Assembly: GCA_002368175.1 (NCBI GenBank)
Contig: AP018172.1
Coordinates: 29,599 to 93,598, forward strand
Length of the DNA: 64,000 bases
Source of the DNA: Calothrix sp. NIES-2098
GTDB taxonomy: Bacteria; Cyanobacteriota; Cyanobacteriia; Cyanobacteriales; Nostocaceae
Direction of reading: 5' to 3'
The notes below the pieces were generated by a model. The model was not told the DNA's origin. It did not search any database and saw only the letters and a program-made list of their open reading frames with translations. Position 1 is the stretch's first letter; the number at the start of each line of letters is the position of its first letter. Shown piece by piece: positions 13,201 through 21,644 of the stretch. The position numbers and the translations under genes are program-made.

Positions 13201-13383
13201 CAATAATTCTTCTGTAGAACTTGGTGCAGTTTGAATTTGCGGTGTATTAATTGGCGGTGTGAAATTGGGTGTTGATGCGGCTAGTGATGGTTGCGTAGCG
13301 TTTTGGGGTGTAGTTTTTTTGCGTTGTGTTTTTATGCGATCGCTTGTCATGTCACCCAATTCCCCATCAACTGCTACAACCAA
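10285..13383 (-). CDS. large CIS effector-like protein: N-terminal FSxIPV-type leader motifs, coiled coil, two predicted TM helices, C-terminal HExxH zincin-like motif
   Basis: 1032 aa. Two copies of the motif typical of DUF4157-family toxins (HDIGRISCQPHVRP and HNFSQIPVLRPQ). A long charged coiled-coil region. Hydrophobic helices (AFAITAGIIASIVTLNPGIAIAVGTVV, LIWLIIAIADFAANALMLASYF). HELTHH near the C-terminus. Transcribed divergently from the CIS structural operon, downstream of a DUF4157 gene. Confidence 0.55.
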   Translation of the reverse strand: MVVAVDGELGDMTSDRIKTQRKKTTPQNATQPSLAASTPNFTPPINTPQIQTAPSSTEELLLAEASPQNLAEHDIGRISCQPHVRPTTNLLLRQLDENPPLQSDTPQLNNAQPAAKNPSSGSTTIQNPPTLQHNTYHGKNLDEVANNLPDEAGSVDFNFKVTTQGDPITQANLNVTQVMTMPRWAERNKQCPPVQQSWDNFYSALKNHEDGHVAIDNKEFPSAHQRFIGKATSDVTSESDALRAKVQAVHDQYDTTTDHGRKQTPPTEIDLSAECSKKAEKTSSSEEPSSETVVMAKTSGHNFSQIPVLRPQLGNFSGQVMLIQRQTPDAGTANNPGLSPEDARRLMYARTTLKETPPLDEGSKATLNTAMKDATAFTLIQERDKKGEELKQKTEQLEQLKRDIQDYSGRTPEVEAKEAQRDLLSNEINALTADFENQKKMVEAVLKSLNVEESQLVKLVTEDFPNMFVNRGKQIALVQLRQNRELAQKEADKYKDICTEAGDNGPQKREGLRNAAKDLTARTKEIENLQLQLREAHKDLPPGGVPEPEQASSSAYDLAHESEIQQRIEQKQNELKAQKSNYALKYQILLREDIDVEKLATASDAELTSIVGGKIDEILENIRTTEDNISQDKLRIWQLNDIVGMTKQDLGIDQNPTLSSVINTRIQKEQQIKADEKSLEDGLKAFAITAGIIASIVTLNPGIAIAVGTVVSAIDVVEKASTYSKQSAASDVGLDPAIAKMSAEDPQLIWLIIAIADFAANALMLASYFKQLRQAATTLEAFSKAATKVLPQEQAQKLIDIAKRNLKQGLNIAEQIEAVGAAFRDVDRAKVGLVLARYTNEAYTATFLELTQQGKILPMTEEAIRQAIKNEAQATTLVGKYINNPNLKAGGFYEPSTRTVFIAGDTSVNGVAGTVVHELTHHFQRITEASIISNQIFYAEYQAHLMQQKLIQKVAADYGNEVIPEASRWLINADDAEIAAKITQRYRVSPDPEIGLNRLQQEEIIQQMVDMRMKGIDRKQQLMEKLRQKVER

Positions 13384-13559
13384 GATAAGGCTTGTCTATT
13401 GCCAATTACCATCGACCTAAGATTAAAATTCTGCTAAGGGACTTGTAACTAAAAAAATATCTCAATTTATCAAACCGCATTAGACACGCAGTGGCTTCCC
13501 GCAGGCTAGACGCCAAGTACGCCAAGAATTCGTAGCGTGGGCGTAAGTCTTATCTATTT

Positions 13560-13866
13560 GGAGTACTTCAAAGTCGTGTTGAGGTACTTCAAAGTCGTGT
13601 TGAGGTAGTTCACAGTCATGTTGGAGTACTTTGCAATCGTGTTGAGGTAGTTCACAGTCGTGTTGAGGTACTTCCAAATCGTATTGAGGTACTTCAAAGT
13701 CGTGTTGAGGTACTTCAAAGTCGTGTTGGGGTACTTCACAATCGTGTTGAGGTAGTTCACAGTCATTTGGAGTACTTTGCAATCGTGTTGAGGTACTTCA
13801 AAGTCGTGTTGGGGTACTTCACAATCGTGCTGGAGTACTTCAAAGTCAAGTTGAGATACTTCACAG
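13560..13866. repeat. tandem array of ~14.5 copies of a 21-bp unit (consensus GTACTTCAAAGTCGTGTTGAG)
   Basis: Directly visible: head-to-tail units with point variants (gtagttcacagtcgtgttgag, gtactttgcaatcgtgttgag, ...). Lies between the DUF4157 gene and the 1032-aa gene. Confidence 0.9.
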
Positions 13867-13871
13867 TATAT

Positions 13872-13896
13872 GTAGGATGGGCATCGCCCACCCTAC
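13872..13896 (-). other. stem-loop 8 nt downstream of the DUF4157 stop; transcript sense GUAGGGUGGGC-GAU-GCCCAUCCUAC
   Basis: 11-bp stem with one G:U pair and a 3-nt loop; no U-run follows. The same motif recurs after the gpI-like gene at 25396 in the same transcriptional orientation. Confidence 0.35.
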
Positions 13897-13903
13897 GTAT
13901 GTT

Positions 13904-14599
13904 TTAATGATTTTGCTGCACAACGTGAGTTAATTCGTGAGCAAGTAACTCTTTACCTGGGTTACTTTCGGGAGCATATTCACCCTGACGGAAAAATATA
14001 TCTTGTCCGGTAGTGAAGGCGCGGGCTTGAATAGATTGGTTCATTTGGTCGGAGCGAGTATTATTGTGAATTTTGACACCGCTAAAATCAACGCCAAATG
14101 CTTGCTCCATTGGTTGGCGAACATTATCTGCTAGTGGCTGTCCGCTTCCCCGTGCTTGTTGAATAGAAGATTCTAAATTCGCTGCGGCTTCTGTCCCACC
14201 TTCAGTAGATTTAGCCTGTATTTCCTCTTCTGGTAGTTCTTCTCGTTGCACAAGGGGAGTGATGGAATCTCCTAGAGATTTTTTTTGCAGTGTTTCTTCT
14301 TCTGGTAATGCTTCTCGCTGGATAGGCTGACTCATAGTTTGCATTACCTGCTGCGCAACTCTATCGGCTTCTTGTTCATAAACATCCCCAGGTTGACTAA
14401 CTGCGAGTTTGGTTTGCGGACGTAGCGAGATGCGGCTAATGTCATGACCGAGGGGTTGGTTTTGAGATTGTACCTCAGCCACAGTTTGAGGGGAAGCTTC
14501 AGATGATTGTAAACCAAAGCCACGTTTTGGCTTGAGTGTAGGTATGGAAACGGGCGTAGTGTCAGCCTTTTGGCGCTGGGCTAATATGCGTTCTTTCAT
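13904..14599 (-). CDS. DUF4157-domain protein (eCIS-associated zincin-like HExxH domain), stand-alone
   Basis: The C-terminal 80 aa match the DUF4157 pattern closely (AFGVDFSGVKIHNN...ARAFTTGQDIFFRQGEYAP...LLAHELTHVVQQ). The N-terminus has the HDISRISLRP leader motif. The protein ends 4 aa after the HExxH. Confidence 0.85.
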   Translation of the reverse strand: MKERILAQRQKADTTPVSIPTLKPKRGFGLQSSEASPQTVAEVQSQNQPLGHDISRISLRPQTKLAVSQPGDVYEQEADRVAQQVMQTMSQPIQREALPEEETLQKKSLGDSITPLVQREELPEEEIQAKSTEGGTEAAANLESSIQQARGSGQPLADNVRQPMEQAFGVDFSGVKIHNNTRSDQMNQSIQARAFTTGQDIFFRQGEYAPESNPGKELLAHELTHVVQQNH

Positions 14600-15015
14600 T
14601 TTTTTCTCCTAATGCCCAAGCAGCAAGTAAATTTTTTATCAGTAGAGATATCTAGAATAGTGCTTCTCTCTGCCAAAGTCTAAATTAGGCAAAACTCAAG
14701 TTCGACTTTTGGCTAGTGTTGATTCTGATGCACTACCTTTAGCCTTGATTTTAGGATGAATTTTTTATTTTTAGTTATGGACTCAGAAGGAAAGCAAACT
14801 TTTTTTACACCTATTGGAGAAGTTGGGGGTAGTGTTGGTTATTCAGGCGTGTCAATTACCTCTAACCCCAGCCAAGTAGCTAAAGCAGCCGATAAGTATC
14901 TTAAAGACTCATTGCTTTTGCACAAGCTTACCGAACGTGTATATGAAATTTTACTTGAAGACCTGCGTTGCCAAAAGGAAAGGTTCAATAACTATAGTCA
15001 TCAAAGGTGGTTGTA

Positions 15016-15534
15016 ATGGCTGAAGGTAATAACGGCAATATTTCTCACGAGTTAAAGTATGTCACTACAAATCATTTCTATGTAGAAATCGATAGTTCTA
15101 TCGCTGCATCTTTTACTGAATGCGCTGGATTAAGTATGCAAGTGAAAAAAAATGTTTTTTTTGAAGGAGGTGTCAACGACCAGCAAAGAATTTATTTAGG
15201 ACACGCAGAATTTGCCGATGTCACTCTTAAACGCGGTGTCACCGACCACCCCGGTTTTTGGAATTGGATTAATGCAATTTTTGATGAAAAATCCACTACT
15301 CGGCGTAATGTTAATATTTTGGTTTTTAACCAAGCTGGCGAAACGATGATGAGTTGGACATTGATTGGTGCTATTCCTATATCTTGGAAAACACCAACCT
15401 TACAAGCAGATGGTAACGCAGTTGCTATAGAAGAATTAACTTTAGCTTATGAAGGTTTGCAATTAGGTAAATCTAAAGGCGGCGGTAATCCACAAACACG
15501 CGAGAAAAAGTCAGGTTTTTTCTTGTCTAATTAA
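15016..15534 (+). CDS. contractile injection system tube protein (T4 gp19 / Cis1-like)
   Basis: Conserved tail-tube family pattern (HFYVEIDS...FTECAGLS...YLGHAEFADVTLKRGVTD..FWNWI...WTLIGAIPISWKTPTLQADGNAVAIEELTLAYEGL). ATG at 15016; the ORF track begins at an upstream GTG. Confidence 0.85.
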   Translation: MAEGNNGNISHELKYVTTNHFYVEIDSSIAASFTECAGLSMQVKKNVFFEGGVNDQQRIYLGHAEFADVTLKRGVTDHPGFWNWINAIFDEKSTTRRNVNILVFNQAGETMMSWTLIGAIPISWKTPTLQADGNAVAIEELTLAYEGLQLGKSKGGGNPQTREKKSGFFLSN

Positions 15535-15557
15535 TTTGCAATTCTCCAACTAAAATT

Positions 15558-18500
15558 ATGCAAATTATTCAACCATTAATAGTAACTAAATTTCAACCGC
15601 TTGGGTTTGGAGTGAGAAAGCCTCTAGGTTATTCTCATCGACTTTTGTCAAGAAAAGAGTCTAGTTCTCTGTACGGTCATCATACTATCAAACCTTTAGG
15701 CGATCGCGTACCATTAGTCACCTATTCTCAATTTTTACAATCTCACGATAATCAAGTATTTAGCGACCCATCAATAGATGCTAATTTTCCAGAAACTGAA
15801 AATATTAATACTGACCTGACCTTAATTCAATTTGATACAGTTGATTCAGTTTTCTCAGATAGTAATAATCTTGATTCTGAATATATAGAAGGCGATATTC
15901 CAAATATATTACCTACTGCAAACACCAGCGACACGAATAATATTACACTGGAATCAAATATTAAAGTTAAGTCAAAATCCAAAAGAACGGAGAAATTGTC
16001 CGACTCTGAAGCTAAATCAAAGGCTAAATCTAGAGCTAAAAAAACGACTAAATCATCTAAGCAGATAGATGATATTCCTATTGTTAATAATAATGATGGG
16101 TTAGTAACACTCAATCAAAATCAAGCTTTAGATGCTAATAAAGAAACTAAAATACAGTCAAATATAAATGATAAAATAACTGATGGCGGTACTTCTATTA
16201 ATACCTGGAAAGCTTCGCTTATTGTTAATAATGAATCTGGATTAAGCGAGAATTTTGCTAATGAGGAAACGCCAGCGATCGCTGATTCTGTATCTACTGT
16301 AGATCGTGCTGATTTACCAACTATATCTCCTGCTACTAATAGCAGTGAAATTAGGACGCGATCGCCACAAGAAACTGCGTCAAAAACTATTGCTAATGAC
16401 ACTGCAAAAAGTTCAGAGTCAGAATCTAATGTAACTAGTATTGTTGATACATTAACTCTTTTAAGTAACTTAAATCCTAGAGAACAGACTATATTAACTG
16501 AAGATTCACAAGTTGTTGATGTCTCAGATATTCCAATTAACCAAACTGCAAAACAACAGGAAATAGTTACTAATTCAAATATCCTTAACCAACAAGATCT
16601 ATTCTCTACACAACAGCAGGAACATTTACCAGCTACAATTAGGAATTCTCAAGAAATTACAAACAATCTTCCAGACTCTAGCAATTATTTGTTAGATACT
16701 ACTAAACCTAGAGTTGAAGATACAGCTAATTTATCCCGTAATTTAGTAAATCTTTCCGAAGCACCATCTCCTCTACCCAACACTGAAGATTTAACTACAG
16801 TTAATGCATTAGATGCAGAAAATATTCCAAATATAACCACACCGGAAATTGTTAGTAATATATCCGTTCAGCCAGCACCAATCTCACCTGTAATTGAAGA
16901 TAACCTAATAGTCACTCCAGAATTACAGTCTACAGAAGTAGTTAATTTTGCGAATGCGCCAGCAAATGTCACTCCTCTACAAACTGACAGCACTAGCAAT
17001 ATACAATTAGCATCAACCTCGCCTGTAATTGCACAGGCGATAGTCACCTCAGAATCACAGTCTCTTGAATCAGATAATTTGGGGAACGCGCCAGAAAATG
17101 TCACTTCTCTACAAACTGACAGCACTAGCAATATACCCGTTCAGCTAGTACCAACTCCACCTGTAATTGCAGATAGGGGGATAATCTTGGATGCGTCAGA
17201 AAGTATAACTCCCCAACAAACTGACAACGCCAGCGATGTACCCGTTGAATTAGCAGCAACTCCACCTTTCATTGCAGATAACCCCATAATCGCTTCAGAA
17301 TCGGTTAATTTGTCGGATATACGAGAAAATATGACTCACCGACAAACTGATAGCACCAGCAATGTACCCGTTCAGCTAACGCCAACCTCACCTGTAATTG
17401 CAGATAACCCGATGGTGAGTTCAAAATCCCAATCTGCTGAATCAGTTAATTTGCTGGATGTGCAAGAAAGTCTGGTTTTATCCCCAGATGATAGCCAAAA
17501 AAACACAGAAATTCCAACTGTTGTCACTCCACTTCAATTGCGCCAAAGTACTGAAGTGGATACAGTAGCAGTAGATGAGAGTGCGATGTCTGACGAAAAG
17601 CCACATAGTGTCTACGCATCTGCCACATCAAGTATTATTTTGGAAGCTGGTAATGACGAACAACCTGTAAAACCAGATTTACCATCTACGGTTACAAGCT
17701 TGACTTTCACAGAGAATCAGTCAGAAACCTTAGATAACTTACCCGCACCACAAGGTTTTGCAACCGGGGGACAAGTCACACACTCCTCAGTGGAAAATCC
17801 ACAGATAGCATCTTCGGATACAGTCCCTGCTATGCTCACACCTGGGGAATTTGTCGTTAATGCTAATGATGCTCAGAAAAATCTTCACATACTCCGGCAT
17901 ATCAATACTGGTGGTACAGCAGAGGATATGATCCTTCCCAGTTTAGAGCTACCAACTCCAGAGACTCCGACTAAAGTCGATTCTTTTGCTGACACTTCAT
18001 TACAGCGTCAAAAATCTGATAATAGCGAATCTGAGGAATCTAACTCCCTAACTCCTGCTTCTTTAAGCACAGAAATTAGTCAGCACAGGCTTTCTTCACA
18101 CAGTTCTTTACCGCTAAATACTGTTGAAAACAATACTACTGCAAGAACTGAACCCTCTCCTCATTACTCATTACCTACATTAATCTTCCGCAAAACTACT
18201 TCCAACACTAACGCACCCTATGAAACGCCTACCCAATGGTCAAGTGTGGAAGAATTACTCAATGGAAACAACGATCCATTTACATCTTTTAACTTTAATG
18301 AGGAAGAATCTAACTGGCAAAATTCAGAACATTCTCAAACTTCACAACCATCGCCGCAAGTTTTTACTAAACGCCTAACTTCGGCTCAAGGCTTTGCTAA
18401 CGGTGGAGAAGTCACAGCACCCGATATAGCTACAGATATACAGCCAATAACTGAAACCATACAAAGTCCTTCTGCTGCTAATCCCGAAGCCGATGAATCT

Positions 18501-18605
18501 AGAAATCTAGAAGCTTTAGCCTATGAAATATATAACAGATTGCGACAACGAATAGAAGTTGAGCGAGAGCGTCAAGGTATCTATTTAGGTCGTTTACCTT
18601 GGTAA
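15558..18605 (+). CDS. 1015-aa low-complexity Ser/Thr/Asn/Asp-rich repeat protein; candidate tape-measure-like or cargo protein occupying the position where a sheath gene is expected
   Basis: Basic N-terminal ~60 aa, a Lys-rich patch (KSKSKRTEKLSDSEAKSKAKSRAKK), four to five 42-44-aa tandem repeats (..NVT.LQTDSTSNIPVQL.PT.PVIADN..), two GFA(T/N)GG(Q/E)VT motifs, and a structured C-terminus (LEALAYEIYNRLRQRIEVERERQGIY). Not sheath-like. Confidence 0.5.
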   Translation: MQIIQPLIVTKFQPLGFGVRKPLGYSHRLLSRKESSSLYGHHTIKPLGDRVPLVTYSQFLQSHDNQVFSDPSIDANFPETENINTDLTLIQFDTVDSVFSDSNNLDSEYIEGDIPNILPTANTSDTNNITLESNIKVKSKSKRTEKLSDSEAKSKAKSRAKKTTKSSKQIDDIPIVNNNDGLVTLNQNQALDANKETKIQSNINDKITDGGTSINTWKASLIVNNESGLSENFANEETPAIADSVSTVDRADLPTISPATNSSEIRTRSPQETASKTIANDTAKSSESESNVTSIVDTLTLLSNLNPREQTILTEDSQVVDVSDIPINQTAKQQEIVTNSNILNQQDLFSTQQQEHLPATIRNSQEITNNLPDSSNYLLDTTKPRVEDTANLSRNLVNLSEAPSPLPNTEDLTTVNALDAENIPNITTPEIVSNISVQPAPISPVIEDNLIVTPELQSTEVVNFANAPANVTPLQTDSTSNIQLASTSPVIAQAIVTSESQSLESDNLGNAPENVTSLQTDSTSNIPVQLVPTPPVIADRGIILDASESITPQQTDNASDVPVELAATPPFIADNPIIASESVNLSDIRENMTHRQTDSTSNVPVQLTPTSPVIADNPMVSSKSQSAESVNLLDVQESLVLSPDDSQKNTEIPTVVTPLQLRQSTEVDTVAVDESAMSDEKPHSVYASATSSIILEAGNDEQPVKPDLPSTVTSLTFTENQSETLDNLPAPQGFATGGQVTHSSVENPQIASSDTVPAMLTPGEFVVNANDAQKNLHILRHINTGGTAEDMILPSLELPTPETPTKVDSFADTSLQRQKSDNSESEESNSLTPASLSTEISQHRLSSHSSLPLNTVENNTTARTEPSPHYSLPTLIFRKTTSNTNAPYETPTQWSSVEELLNGNNDPFTSFNFNEEESNWQNSEHSQTSQPSPQVFTKRLTSAQGFANGGEVTAPDIATDIQPITETIQSPSAANPEADESRNLEALAYEIYNRLRQRIEVERERQGIYLGRLPW
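16840..17470 (+). repeat. intragenic tandem repeats of ~126-132 bp (x4-5) inside the 1015-aa gene
   Basis: Repeated DNA blocks such as gcgccagcaaatgtcactcctctacaaactgacagcactagcaatata... and gcgccagaaaatgtcacttctctacaaactgacagcactagcaatata... Confidence 0.8.
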
Positions 18606-18757
18606 TTTTTTTATAAAAACGAACCACGAAGTTCGCAAAGTTCGCAAAGTATGAGAAATCAAAAATAATTTCTAAACAAACTTTATTCTTCTACTCTCTG
18701 CGCCTCTGCGTTTCTGCGTGAACTTTCAAATCTATTAATCCTCATAACAATACTTAA

Positions 18758-19306
18758 ATGGCTACTCAAACAATTATCATTCCCCAAAAAAGGAATCCGC
18801 AACTACAGAAAGCTAAACTCGTAGCTTATGAAGGTGAAGCACCAGATATTGAACTGATGTTTAACCCTACAGAAATTAGTTTTTCTCGGACTGTTAGCTG
18901 GGAAAAAGAGAAAGGTAATAGAGGAACCACATTATTACCTAAAGTAAATTTCTCTGGTCTAGAACCTTACAAATTCACTCTTAAACAATTACTCTTTGAT
19001 ACTTATGAAACTAAACAATCCGTAATGGATTATATAGACATCATCAAGCAAGGAGTAGAAACTATTGAGCGAAATCCAGATAAACGTCCCCCAGTGTATA
19101 GGTTTATTTGGGGAATAGAATATTTTCATTGTGTAATTACTAGTCTCACATACAATTTAAATATGTTTCTGACTGATGGTACGCCAGTTAGAGCAATAGT
19201 AGATATCTCTTTACAAGAGGTAGATAAAAAGAACCCACCAGGGGGGAGACAATCAGCTTCTAAAGGCGCAAATCGTCAGCCAAATCCTAAGCTAGGAAAA
19301 ACTTAA
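18758..19306 (+). CDS. CIS tube-fold baseplate/tube-initiator protein (Cis5/Cis7-like)
   Basis: 182 aa. FNPTEISFSRTVSWEKEK...FSGLEPYKFTLKQLLFDTYE resembles the second, tube-like protein that sits between tube and spike genes in eCIS loci. The call rests on synteny plus this motif only. Confidence 0.5.
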   Translation: MATQTIIIPQKRNPQLQKAKLVAYEGEAPDIELMFNPTEISFSRTVSWEKEKGNRGTTLLPKVNFSGLEPYKFTLKQLLFDTYETKQSVMDYIDIIKQGVETIERNPDKRPPVYRFIWGIEYFHCVITSLTYNLNMFLTDGTPVRAIVDISLQEVDKKNPPGGRQSASKGANRQPNPKLGKT

Positions 19307-19360
19307 TAATTAGTTTTCAAGGCATTTATTCTTGCTTTATTGCCTATTTTTATCGTACTT

Positions 19361-21100
19361 ATGCCCGACCAAAGTCTTTATTTAAGCCAACCTAAATTGG
19401 AATTAGGAGGAGAAGCCGCTTCTCCTGAGCTAATGAAGGATTTATTACAAATTAGTGTGGAAGAAAGTTTACATTTACCAGCGATGTTTACGCTGTTAGT
19501 ACACAATAGCTATATTCCCACCGTTGACCGTCCAGAATATCAGCCTCGGCGTCACGAACAGTTATTTGAAATTGGTAAAAACGTTAAGATAGGTTTTACT
19601 TCTAGTACAACTCAAGATGGGAATTTTCAAAAAAAGTTAGATGATTATCTCATTGAAGGCGAAATTACAGCGATGGAAGTTCACTTCAATGAAAAATCAG
19701 AAGCTCATATAATTATTCGCGGTTACGATCTCTCTCATCGCCTGCATAGAGGTCGTTATAATCGTTCGTTCTTAAATAAAACTGATAGCGATATTGTAGA
19801 GCAAATAGCGTCAGAAGTAGGAATAAAAACTGGTAAAATAGACCCCAGCGGTGAAGCTCATGAATATGTCTTTCAAGAAAACCAAACTAATATGGAATTC
19901 TTACGAGAACGGGCTGCTCGCATTGGTTTTGAATTATTTATTTACAACAGCAAGCTATATTTTCGCAAACCAGAAAGCCAGGAATCGATAAAACTAAAAT
20001 GGCTAGTCGATATTAGTAAATTTAGTACCCGTGTCACCAGTGCAGAACAGGTGAGTGCTGTTGAAGTGCGTGGCTGGGATTATACTCAAAAAAAAGCGAT
20101 CGCATCTACAGCTAAAGCAGAAAAGGTAATAACTGATACAGGCAATAAAAAAGGTAGCAGTACTAGTACTAATTTTTCTAACTTAAAGCCGCCGAAAATG
20201 ACCGTTGTCGATCGACCAGTTGCTAGCACTACACAAGCACAGAAAATGGCGCAGGCTTTGTGTGATGAACTGGGAGGAGAATTTGTCTATGCAGATGCGA
20301 AAGCTGTAGGTAATCCCAAAGTTAGGCCAGGAAAAATAATTGAACTGGAAGGATTAGGCGATCGCTATAGTGGAAAGTATTATGTCACCGAAACTCGCCA
20401 TTTCTACGCTCAACGAATTTATACCACAGAGTTCAGCATTCGGGGGTTACGGGCTGGTAACTTATTCACCACTCTCTCGACTCAAACCCGTCTTCAGCCT
20501 GGTCAAACCTTCTTAGTAGGAATTGTCACCGATAACAAAGACCCTCAAGGATGGGGGCGAGTAAAAGTGAAATTTCCCACCCTCACTGAAGAACACGCTA
20601 GCAACTGGGCGCGAGTTGTGGCTTCGGGCGCAGCAAATCAACGTGGCTTTGATTGTTTACCAGAAGTTAACGATGAGGTTTTAGTTGGGTTTGAACATGG
20701 TGATATCCATCGCCCTTATGTAATAGGTGGTGTTTGGAATGGCAAAGACGCGCCACCAGAAGCGGTAGATGATACAGTTGTGGGGGGAAAAGTCCGATTA
20801 CGCACTGTCAAAACTCGTACAGGACACACCTTGCAGTTTATCGAAGAAGATAAAGGTAGCAGTAAAGCCGGGGTGCGCGTGCAAACGCAAGGCGGTCACA
20901 AAATTTATCTTAATGATAGCGATCGCTGTATTGAAATTGAAACCAACGGCGGTCATAAAATTAAAATGGATGATACAGGTAAATCAAAAATTTCCGTAGA
21001 ATCCACAGGTGATTTATCTTTAGAAGCTCCTAGAGGCAGCATTGATATTAAAGCCGGTCTGGATGTGACAGTCCAAGGTAAGTTTATTCGATTGAATTAG
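19361..21100 (+). CDS. spike/baseplate hub protein, VgrG-like (gpD + gp5/V OB-fold), Cis8-like
   Basis: C-terminal gpV/gp5-type domain (DNKDPQGWGRVKVKFP...NWARVV..GFDCLPEVNDEVLVGFEHGDIHRPYVIGGVWNG). Size and position fit a spike gene. The ATG at 19361 is preferred over the upstream TTG. Confidence 0.7.
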   Translation: MPDQSLYLSQPKLELGGEAASPELMKDLLQISVEESLHLPAMFTLLVHNSYIPTVDRPEYQPRRHEQLFEIGKNVKIGFTSSTTQDGNFQKKLDDYLIEGEITAMEVHFNEKSEAHIIIRGYDLSHRLHRGRYNRSFLNKTDSDIVEQIASEVGIKTGKIDPSGEAHEYVFQENQTNMEFLRERAARIGFELFIYNSKLYFRKPESQESIKLKWLVDISKFSTRVTSAEQVSAVEVRGWDYTQKKAIASTAKAEKVITDTGNKKGSSTSTNFSNLKPPKMTVVDRPVASTTQAQKMAQALCDELGGEFVYADAKAVGNPKVRPGKIIELEGLGDRYSGKYYVTETRHFYAQRIYTTEFSIRGLRAGNLFTTLSTQTRLQPGQTFLVGIVTDNKDPQGWGRVKVKFPTLTEEHASNWARVVASGAANQRGFDCLPEVNDEVLVGFEHGDIHRPYVIGGVWNGKDAPPEAVDDTVVGGKVRLRTVKTRTGHTLQFIEEDKGSSKAGVRVQTQGGHKIYLNDSDRCIEIETNGGHKIKMDDTGKSKISVESTGDLSLEAPRGSIDIKAGLDVTVQGKFIRLN

Positions 21101-21131
21101 GATTTTATTTCGCGCAAAGGCGCAAAGAAAA

Positions 21132-21644
21132 ATGACAGGAAGAGCAGCAGCAAGAATTACTGACTCAGTAGCGCACCCCTTACCCCCAGTGTTAACCCCA
21201 GGCCCCGGTAGTAACAATGTGTTAATTGGCAATTTACCAGCTTGGCGGGGTATACCTGCGGCGGCGGTGCCTGCTTTGCAGACTGCTAAACAAGCGGCTG
21301 ATACAGCTATCCAAGCGGCGGAGGCTGCTACTTTAGCGGCGGCGGGAACGCCAGGAGCACCAGCAGCCTATGCATCTGAACAAGCTCTCAAAACATCTCT
21401 GGGAGCTAGTATGAGTAGCATGATTTCTGCGGCTGCGGCTGCTGCTATCCCTGGTGCTGATATTCATCAATGTACTACGCCCTTACCCCTACCTCCCCAC
21501 GGGCCTGGGGTTGTGATTGACGGGAGTCAGACAGTAATGATTAACGGACTACCCGCTTGTCGTATGGGTGACACTGTTTTAGAAGCATTAGGCCCGCCGA
21601 ATAAAATTACCAAAGGTGAAATGACTGTTTTGATTGGTGGCTGA
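21132..21644 (+). CDS. PAAR-domain spike-tip protein (Cis10-like)
   Basis: Split PAAR motifs (ARITDSVAHPLPPVLTPGPGSNNVLIGNLPA ... HQCTTPLPLPPHGPGVVIDGSQTVMINGLPACRMGD) flanking an Ala-rich linker. Confidence 0.8.
   Translation: MTGRAAARITDSVAHPLPPVLTPGPGSNNVLIGNLPAWRGIPAAAVPALQTAKQAADTAIQAAEAATLAAAGTPGAPAAYASEQALKTSLGASMSSMISAAAAAAIPGADIHQCTTPLPLPPHGPGVVIDGSQTVMINGLPACRMGDTVLEALGPPNKITKGEMTVLIGG

Noticed and set aside
13480-13782. Two overlapping minus-strand ORFs (100 aa and 70 aa) made of heptad repeats (PQHDFEV / YLNTTLK)
   Set aside because: They are simply two open frames through the 21-bp tandem DNA repeat. They have no plausible start or RBS context, and the third frame, which is continuous with the DUF4157 gene, has a stop in every unit. 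Treated as a non-coding repeat.
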